DNA from: Clostridia bacterium
Lineage (GTDB): Bacteria; Bacillota; Clostridia; Oscillospirales; CAG-272
Reading direction: 5' to 3'
NCBI GenBank assembly: GCA_017463665.1
Contig: JAFTOT010000087.1
Location: forward strand, 71,871 to 120,885
DNA: 49,015 bases
Shown here: positions 7,924 through 15,226 of the stretch, one piece after another
Layout: each line of letters opens with the position of its first letter
Position numbering within the stretch: the first letter of the stretch is position 1
Notes under the pieces: model-generated
Seen by the model: only the letters and a program-made list of their open reading frames with translations
What the model was told of the DNA's origin: nothing
The model's database searches: none
Translations under genes and position numbers: made by a program

Positions 7924-8280
7924 TTAAACCAGCATCTCGAAGCTTTGCTCGGAAAGCTCCGCCAAGAAGGCATAGATCGCCCTGTCCGCCGTAGGATCGG
8001 TCGTATCGGTTACAAACAGCTTTTCTTTTAATCTGCTGTGATAACTCTCGAACAGAGATGCCATTTGCAGACCGTGCTCGGTTAAGAAAACAAGACCGCC
8101 GTGTTCTTTTTCAATATACTGCAGATCTAAAAAAGTATCCATCATATTATGCACGCTCACCTTGGACAGTCCGAGTGTTTTGGCAACCGCAACGCTTTTG
8201 ATGCCCGATACCGCGTTTAGTTTTTTTAGTGCCAATAGATAACGAATATGGGAGGCGGTCAAAAAAGTATTGTTAGCCAT
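7924..8280 (-). CDS. short DtxR/MntR-family (iron-dependent-repressor-like) transcriptional regulator
   Basis: The protein is 118 aa. SHIRYLLALKKL...IKSVAVAKTLGLSKVSVHNMMDTFLDLQYIEKE..LVFLTEHGLQMA..YHSRLKEKL follows the DtxR N-terminal wHTH plus first dimerisation-helix pattern. ATG 8280 comes after GGAGG. The track ORF extends spuriously to 8403. Confidence 0.65.
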   Translation of the reverse strand: MANNTFLTASHIRYLLALKKLNAVSGIKSVAVAKTLGLSKVSVHNMMDTFLDLQYIEKEHGGLVFLTEHGLQMASLFESYHSRLKEKLFVTDTTDPTADRAIYAFLAELSEQSFEMLV

Positions 8281-8287
8281 AACTAAC
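8272..8287. promoter_or_regulatory. palindromic operator GTTAGC-CATA-aCTAAC (site B)
   Basis: It has one mismatch to the palindrome and overlaps the RBS and start codon of the DtxR-like gene. Confidence 0.5.
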
Positions 8288-8301
8288 CTCCTGCTTTTAA
8301 G

Positions 8302-8337
8302 GAAAGGGATGCGAACGCTAAGGTACGCATCCCTTTC
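8302..8337 (-). other. 12-bp stem-loop between the Cys-rich ORF and the regulator gene
   Basis: GAAAGGGATGCG-N12-CGCATCCCTTTC with no clear U-tract. It could be a processing or attenuation element. Confidence 0.4.
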
Positions 8338-8345
8338 AAGGAATT

Positions 8346-8519
8346 CTAATCGTTTTTTTCTGTGTGGTTGCCGCTGCAGCCGCCGCTGCACTTGCCGCCG
8401 CACTGCTTTGCGTAGGGGCAGCCGATGCAGGTCTCGCCGCGTTTCTTAGCTTTGTATAGATAGAACACAATGCCGCCGACAATGCACAGAAGAATCGCAA
8501 CAATTATGAAATTTTCCAT
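8346..8519 (-). CDS. FeoB-associated Cys-rich membrane protein (57 aa, below ORF-track cutoff)
   Basis: My own translation is MENFIIVAILLCIVGGIVFYLYKAKKRGETCIGCPYAKQCGGKCSGGCSGNHTEKND*. It starts 3 nt after the feoB stop. It has one TM helix followed by a Cys/Gly-rich tail. Confidence 0.8.
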   Translation of the reverse strand: MENFIIVAILLCIVGGIVFYLYKAKKRGETCIGCPYAKQCGGKCSGGCSGNHTEKND

Positions 8520-8522
8520 AAC

Positions 8523-10559
8523 TTATTTACTCATAGAGTATTCTTTCTGCTTGGTGTTAGAACCGCCAAGGGCATATTCTGCCTTCAGCTTCTTATTGGT
8601 ATTGTGGATCAGTGCAGCAATAACAGCTACCATAGCGACAACGGCGATCAGACCGCAGATTGCTGCGCCGACATTCAGGGAAGCGGGTGCGGTGATGAGC
8701 GTACCGATGGTGTAAACCAGATAAGCGATGGTGTAGCCGGTTGCAAGCTGGAGACCGATACCTGCCCAGAGCCACTTGCCGCTCTTCATCTCGGAGTTCA
8801 TTGCACCGATAGCAGCGAAGCAGGGAGGCGTGTAGAGGTTGAACATCAGATAAGCCAGAGCCGCGATCTTGGTGATTGCCATAATACCGGCAACTTCGGC
8901 ACCTGCACCTTCCATGAGGGCAAGTTCTTCCGTGTCGATAAGGTTCTCAAGACCAACGAAGCAAACTGCGAGCGTACCAACAACATTTTCCTTGGCGATG
9001 AAACCGGTAACAGCGGCAGCAGCAAGCTCCCAGCTGAGAACGCCGACGATCGGAACGAGGAGATAAGCGAAGGGACCTGCGATAGATGCGAGAATGGAAG
9101 CATCAGAACTCTCAGCAACCTGGAAGCTCCAATCAAAGGTCTGCATCAGCTGAACAGCCATGTTGCAGAGCAGAATGATGGTAGCAGCTTTCACTATGTA
9201 AGCCCAACCGCGGCTGCACATGGACTTAAATGCACCCCAAAGAGAAGGTACTTTGTATTCGGGCAGCTCGATGATGAAGAAGGACTTTCTTGCCTTGTGA
9301 CCTGCGATCTTGTTGACGAGCAGGGCACCGAGGAAGATCAGTACGATACCGGTAGCATACATCGTGAAGCTTACCCAGCCTGCGTTAGCAAAGAACGCAC
9401 CTGCAAACAGAGAGATAACGGGGATCTTTGCGCCGCAAGGCATGAAAGGAGTGAGCATTGCGGTAGCTCTGCGCTCACGCTCATTACGGATGGTACGGGA
9501 AGCCATAACGCCCGGAACGGCACAGCCGATACCGATAACGAAAGGAATAACAGACTTACCGGACAGACCGACCTTCTTGAAGATAGGATCGAGAACGACC
9601 GCAACGCGGGACATATAACCGCAGTCTTCCAAGAGAGCGAGCAGGAAGTACATGACCATAACGAGGGGCAGGAAGCCGACAACGGCAACTACACCGCCGA
9701 TAACGCCGTCAACCAGGATAGCGGACAGCAGCGGGTTTGCATCTGCGAGCAGTTCGCCTACCCAGCCCTGGAAAGTCTCCAGCCAGCCAACGAGCAGATC
9801 AGCGATCGGGGTACCGACCCAAACCTGCGAGATCTGGAACACGAGGAACATGACGACAGCGAAGATCGGGATACCCAGCCACTTGTTGGTGAGTACTGCG
9901 TCGATCGTATCGCCGATGTTTTTGTCCTTAGTGAGCACTTTGCGCGTTTCAACATCTTTTACGATCTTGTTGACAAAGTCAAAGCGCTTGCGGTCGGCAG
10001 CCTCAACAGCGTGCTTATCCGTCAGATCAATGTCGCCCTGATGATAGGGAGCCTTCTGCGTCGTGTTCGCCTGCGCTACGGCAGCTTCCACAACGGCTTT
10101 GAGACCGTCGGCAGAGGTAGAAACCGTTTCGACGATGGGGCAGCCAAGCTTCGCAGACAGAGCCGCGGTGTCGATCTTGGTTTCCTTTTTCTCGTTGATG
10201 TCTTTCTTGTTCAGCGCGACAACGACCGGAATGCCGAGCTCGAGCAGCTGCGTGGTGAAGAACAGGCTGCGGCTGAGGTTGGTCGCGTCAACGATGTTGA
10301 TGATAACATCGGGGTTTTCGTTCTTGACGTAAGAACTGGTTACGCTCTCCTCGCTGGTGAAGGGAGACATGGAGTAGGCGCCGGGGAGGTCAACAGCGAT
10401 CAGCTGTTCGGTTCCGGCATAATATGCCTTTTTGATGGGGTGTTCTTTCTTGTCTACGGTAACACCTGCCCAGTTTCCGACCTTTTCATTGCGACCGGTC
10501 AGAGCATTGTACATTGTGGTTTTACCGGAGTTCGGGTTGCCGGTTAAAGCAATTCTCAT
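8523..10559 (-). CDS. feoB: ferrous iron transporter FeoB
   Basis: G-domain GNPNSGKTT...DLPG...NKKD followed by a polytopic permease. The protein is 678 aa. Confidence 0.95.
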   Translation of the reverse strand: MRIALTGNPNSGKTTMYNALTGRNEKVGNWAGVTVDKKEHPIKKAYYAGTEQLIAVDLPGAYSMSPFTSEESVTSSYVKNENPDVIINIVDATNLSRSLFFTTQLLELGIPVVVALNKKDINEKKETKIDTAALSAKLGCPIVETVSTSADGLKAVVEAAVAQANTTQKAPYHQGDIDLTDKHAVEAADRKRFDFVNKIVKDVETRKVLTKDKNIGDTIDAVLTNKWLGIPIFAVVMFLVFQISQVWVGTPIADLLVGWLETFQGWVGELLADANPLLSAILVDGVIGGVVAVVGFLPLVMVMYFLLALLEDCGYMSRVAVVLDPIFKKVGLSGKSVIPFVIGIGCAVPGVMASRTIRNERERRATAMLTPFMPCGAKIPVISLFAGAFFANAGWVSFTMYATGIVLIFLGALLVNKIAGHKARKSFFIIELPEYKVPSLWGAFKSMCSRGWAYIVKAATIILLCNMAVQLMQTFDWSFQVAESSDASILASIAGPFAYLLVPIVGVLSWELAAAAVTGFIAKENVVGTLAVCFVGLENLIDTEELALMEGAGAEVAGIMAITKIAALAYLMFNLYTPPCFAAIGAMNSEMKSGKWLWAGIGLQLATGYTIAYLVYTIGTLITAPASLNVGAAICGLIAVVAMVAVIAALIHNTNKKLKAEYALGGSNTKQKEYSMSK

Positions 10560-10625
10560 TAGAGGGTCCTCCTATAAATGATTAACTTATATTTAATCCT
10601 TGCGGATCAAGTTACATGAGAATTG

Positions 10626-10641
10626 GTTAGCTTTTGCTAAC
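10626..10641. promoter_or_regulatory. palindromic operator GTTAGC-TTTT-GCTAAC (site C)
   Basis: A perfect palindrome in the feoA-feoB spacer, 67 nt upstream of the feoB start. Confidence 0.55.
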
Positions 10642-10645
10642 TCTT

Positions 10646-10679
10646 GGTCAAAAAACAATCAGCAGATTGTTTTTTGACC
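10646..10679 (-). other. perfect 15-bp stem-loop in the feoA-feoB spacer
   Basis: GGTCAAAAAACAATC-AGCA-GATTGTTTTTTGACC, starting 6 nt after the feoA stop. Confidence 0.6.
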
Positions 10680-10684
10680 ATCTG

Positions 10685-10909
10685 TTAAATGATGATGGCC
10701 TCAGCCAACTGATTGTCGATATTGTATCTTCCGTCCTTGATGGAAACTACGCATCCACCCTTCAAGTGGGAAACGACCGTAATGGTCTCTCCGCTGTAGC
10801 AACCAAGAGAAAACAGGAAAGCATTCAATTCTTCGTCATCGGTTTCGATCTGCTGAATGATGTACTCTTTGCCTTCAATAGCATCTTTCAAATTCATACG
10901 TACCACCAT
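10685..10909 (-). CDS. feoA: FeoA-family protein
   Basis: The protein is 74 aa: LKDAIEGKEYIIQQI...LGCYSGETITVVSHLKGGCVVSIKDGRYNIDNQLAEAIII, an SH3-like FeoA fold. An alternative start at ATG 10897 is possible. Confidence 0.9.
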   Translation of the reverse strand: MVVRMNLKDAIEGKEYIIQQIETDDEELNAFLFSLGCYSGETITVVSHLKGGCVVSIKDGRYNIDNQLAEAIII

Positions 10910-10947
10910 GTATTCTCTCTTTGAGCTGAGATAACAAGTGCCGCAAA

Positions 10948-10963
10948 ATTAGCGACAGCTAAC
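10948..10963. promoter_or_regulatory. palindromic operator aTTAGC-GACA-GCTAAC (site D)
   Basis: It has one mismatch and lies in the feoA 5' leader, 39 nt upstream of the start. Confidence 0.5.
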
Positions 10964-10981
10964 CACAGCTCGCAAAATATA

Positions 10982-10997
10982 GTTAGCAATCGCTAAC
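10982..10997. promoter_or_regulatory. palindromic operator GTTAGC-AATC-GCTAAC (site E)
   Basis: A perfect palindrome 8 nt downstream of the feoA -10 box, around the expected transcription start. Confidence 0.6.
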
Positions 10998-11005
10998 CTT
11001 TTTAC

Positions 11006-11034
11006 ATTATAGAAGCTTCGACAGGATTTGTCAA
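11006..11034 (-). promoter_or_regulatory. consensus sigma-A promoter of the feo operon
   Basis: The minus strand reads TTGACA (11034-11029), 17 nt, TATAAT (11011-11006). Confidence 0.75.
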
Positions 11035-11227
11035 GCCTTTTTTGAACATTTTTTGAATTTCATGTGATAATTGTTTCTTTGAACAAATTCTTACCGTATC
11101 CATAATCATGGCTTGTACCAAATATATAATCCCAAAGAGGGGGAAATATGCTTGAAAATGAAAGTATAGGCGGGTTTGTATTTGTAAAAATAGATATTTT
11201 CGCCGTTTTGTGTAAGACTTGCGACTT

Positions 11228-11405
11228 TAAAGTGAAATCGTTCGCTTCGCTCACGGTGAAATCAAAGGCTATCGCCTTTGGTGAAATATTTTGCTAACGC
11301 AAAATGTGAAATTAAATCCACCCACCCGCCGTCGAGGCGGATTTCACTGCCCGAAGGGCATTTTCACCGCGAAGCGATTTCACCCACCCGAAAGGGTGGA
11401 TTTAG
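11228..11405. repeat. word-plus-hairpin mirror array (word GTGAAAT / ATTTCAC)
   Basis: GTGAAAT occurs at 11232, 11256, 11281 and 11306. ATTTCAC or TTTTCAC occurs at 11341, 11361 and 11377. The words are separated by small GC-rich hairpins: AAAGGC-TATC-GCCTTT, TTTTGC-TAAC-GCAAAA, CCGCC-GTCGA-GGCGG, TGCCC-GAA-GGGCA and CACCC-GAAA-GGGTG. Confidence 0.8.
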
Positions 11406-11406
11406 T

Positions 11407-11443
11407 TGAAAAAAGACCAAGCCTTTCGACTTGGTCTTTTTTC
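11407..11443. terminator. bidirectional terminator downstream of tRNA-Gln
   Basis: AAAAAAGACCAAG-CCTTTCGA-CTTGGTCTTTTTT, immediately 3' of the tRNA. Confidence 0.75.
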
Positions 11444-11517
11444 TGGCTGGGGATGAAGGATTTGAACCCTCACAAACAGAGTCAGAGTCTGTCGTGCTGC
11501 CATTACACAAATCCCCA
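11444..11517 (-). tRNA. tRNA-Gln (anticodon CUG), CCA encoded
   Basis: The minus strand reads TGGGGAT-TT-GTGT-AATGGCA-GCAC-G-ACAGA-CTCTGAC-TCTGT-TTGT-GAGGG-TTCAAAT-CCTTC-ATCCCCA-G-CCA. I folded the cloverleaf by hand. The 5' UGGGG and discriminator G are typical of tRNA-Gln. Confidence 0.9.
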
Positions 11518-11550
11518 ATATTCGGTTTGCCGCTCTCAGCGACATTTGTT

Positions 11551-11579
11551 ATTATAGCAGAGTGAATTTGTTTTGTCAA
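11551..11579 (-). promoter_or_regulatory. consensus sigma-A promoter of tRNA-Gln
   Basis: The minus strand reads TTGACA (11579-11574), 17 nt, TATAAT (11556-11551), about 33 nt upstream of the mature 5' end. Confidence 0.75.
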
Positions 11580-11723
11580 GTGTATTTTTACAAAAAATCG
11601 CGAAATTATACAACTTTTTATTTTTGCTTTTTCCGGGAAAAAATTTTGCTCTGTGGTATAAGGAAGTACAGCCAAAAGAAAAGGGATCCAAGCTATGCTC
11701 GGATCCCTTTCTTTTGGTTTATC

Positions 11724-13681
<1,958 letters not shown>

Positions 13682-13700
13682 TTAAAATCAGGGACTGCTT

Positions 13701-13727
13701 TTAGCACTCTTTATCTTCGAGTGCTAA
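13701..13727. promoter_or_regulatory. CIRCE element (HrcA operator)
   Basis: TTAGCACTC-N9-GAGTGCTAA is a perfect match to the CIRCE consensus. It lies between the groES promoter and the start codon. Confidence 0.9.
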
Positions 13728-13735
13728 CATGGTAT

Positions 13736-13763
13736 ATTGTAACATATTCCATTGAAAAATCAA
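13736..13763 (-). promoter_or_regulatory. sigma-A promoter of groES-groEL
   Basis: The minus strand reads TTGATT (13763-13758), 16 nt, TACAAT (13741-13736). CIRCE begins 9 nt downstream. Confidence 0.65.
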
Positions 13764-13928
13764 TACCTTTTTTGAAAAAACTTGAATTTTCGCAGGATGT
13801 TCACAGAAATGCCAAAAAACAGGGGATTCTTCGGCGCATAGCTGTTCGCCTCGCCGAATATTCTGTTTTAGAGGTGATGCACTATTTTTAGGTGGATTTT
13901 AGCACTTGAAGGGGGAGTCTCGCAAATT

Positions 13929-15206
13929 TTGCCGATTTTTGCCGCGGGGATGCTGCTTTTTGCAGGCGGGTATTTTACGCTGCGGTTTCGCGCGTTTTAC
14001 CTGCGGCATCCGCTGCGTACCCTGCGCGCGATGCCGCTTGCGGGCGGGGCAAAGGAAATGCTTCTGTCACTCGGCGGCACGGTCGGCGTCGGCAATATCT
14101 CGGGCGTAGCAGTCGCGCTGATGCTTGGCGGCGCGGGCGCGGTGTTCTGGATGTGGGTGGGGGCGTTCGTCTCCATGGCATTAAAATATGCGGAGATCAC
14201 GCTCGGCATGCTTTCGCGCCGAAAAGAGGGGCGCGGGTATGTCGGCGGGGCACCGTATTATATAAAAGAAGCGATCGGATCGCTTGCCGCAGTGCTTTTC
14301 ACGGTGCTGCTCCTTGCGGACTGCGTAATGATGGGCGGCGTGATCCAATCGAGCGCGATCGCCGAGGCTGCAGAAACGGCGTTTGGCGTATCGCCGACGG
14401 TGTGCGGCATCCTTGTCAGCGTGCTTGCGGCGGCAGTGTTCTTTTTTGACGTGGATCTGTTCAAGCTTTCTGCCTATGTTGTACCCACGATGAGTGTCGG
14501 CTATGTCATCGCCGCCCTTGCCGTGATCGTGTGCAACGCGCGCGGACTGCCGCAGATGTTTGCCGCGATCTTCTCGGGCGCGTTTGCGCCGAATGCTGCT
14601 GTGGGCGGTGCGCTCGGCTTTTTGCTCTCTCCCGCACTGCGGCAGGGCATCGTGAAGGGGCTGTTTTCCAACGAGGCAGGCTGCGGCACTGCCCCCACCG
14701 CGCATATTGCATCCGAGGAAACAGTTCCCGCAAGGCAGGGACTCTTCGGCATTTTGGAAGTGTTCGTAGACACCGTGCTTATGTGCAGTTTGACCGCGTT
14801 TGTGATCCTGCTCACCCTCGGTGAGGAGCTGAGCGGCATCGGCGGGGGCGGTGTGGCGATCTGTGCACGCGCCTTTGGCGCACTGTTCCAAAACGGCGCA
14901 CCTGTAATGCTGTCCATATTCGTTTTTCTCTTTGCGTTTGCGGCGATCATATCCTTTGGCTATTACGGTGCACAAAGTTTATGCTTTTTCCGCGGCGGTG
15001 CGCGGTACAGAGATGCTTTTTTGCTTCTGTACTGTTTGTCGCTGCTGCTCGGTGCTGTTGCCGCCCCTGCGGCAGTGTGGGCGATCTCGGATGCCGTCAT
15101 CTGCCTGATGCTGCTGCTCAACACCTCTGCCGTGCTTGTCAGCAGAAAGAAGATTTTGCAGGCACACGGTGAGCACATGCAAAAAACAAAGAACCGACTT
15201 CTTTAG
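13929..15206 (+). CDS. alanine/glycine:cation symporter (AGCS) family transporter
   Basis: GGYFTLRFRAF...GGTVGVGNISGVAVAL..GGAGAVFWMW...FSNEAGCGTAP are the conserved AGCS blocks. The start is TTG, preceded by GAAGGGGGAG. Confidence 0.85.
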   Translation: MPIFAAGMLLFAGGYFTLRFRAFYLRHPLRTLRAMPLAGGAKEMLLSLGGTVGVGNISGVAVALMLGGAGAVFWMWVGAFVSMALKYAEITLGMLSRRKEGRGYVGGAPYYIKEAIGSLAAVLFTVLLLADCVMMGGVIQSSAIAEAAETAFGVSPTVCGILVSVLAAAVFFFDVDLFKLSAYVVPTMSVGYVIAALAVIVCNARGLPQMFAAIFSGAFAPNAAVGGALGFLLSPALRQGIVKGLFSNEAGCGTAPTAHIASEETVPARQGLFGILEVFVDTVLMCSLTAFVILLTLGEELSGIGGGGVAICARAFGALFQNGAPVMLSIFVFLFAFAAIISFGYYGAQSLCFFRGGARYRDAFLLLYCLSLLLGAVAAPAAVWAISDAVICLMLLLNTSAVLVSRKKILQAHGEHMQKTKNRLL

Positions 15207-15220
15207 GGAAAGTCGGTTCT
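15190..15220. terminator. bidirectional terminator between AGCS and pncB
   Basis: AGAACCGACTT-N9-AAGTCGGTTCT with T-rich flanks on both strands. It overlaps the last AGCS codons. Confidence 0.7.
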
Positions 15221-15226
15221 GCTGTT

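Noticed and set aside
8281-8403. N-terminal extensions in the ORF track. Examples are 7924..8403, 39114..40424, 43348.., 44684.., 30605.., 29608.., 41528.., 7005..7973, 6634..7008 and 4176...
   Set aside because: In each case an internal ATG or GTG with a proper Shine-Dalgarno matches the family's usual N-terminus. The extension overlaps the upstream gene or an intergenic repeat.
8604-10547. A 647-aa plus-strand ORF covering almost all of feoB.
   Set aside because: It lies antisense to an unambiguous FeoB gene. The product is low-complexity (rich in D, G, R, N, E) with no recognisable motif, RBS or promoter. This is a typical shadow ORF in GC-rich coding DNA.
11060-11254. A 64-aa minus-strand ORF in the AT-rich spacer upstream of the feo promoter.
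   Set aside because: It has no RBS and lies upstream of the feoA promoter, in the same orientation, with no promoter of its own. Its composition reflects the AT-rich spacer and it partly overlaps the repeat.
11228-11405. I considered whether the word/hairpin arrays here and at 40337..40556 could be CRISPR arrays.
   Set aside because: The repeated unit is only 6-8 nt with a period of about 18-26 nt. The second half of each array is the reverse complement of the first. No cas genes are present in the window. These features are not CRISPR-like.
13894-13925. TTAGCACTT...GAGTCTCGC, which resembles a second CIRCE element upstream of the AGCS gene.
   Set aside because: Only the left half-site matches. 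The right half matches GAGTGCTAA at only 4 of 9 positions, so it is not a credible HrcA operator.
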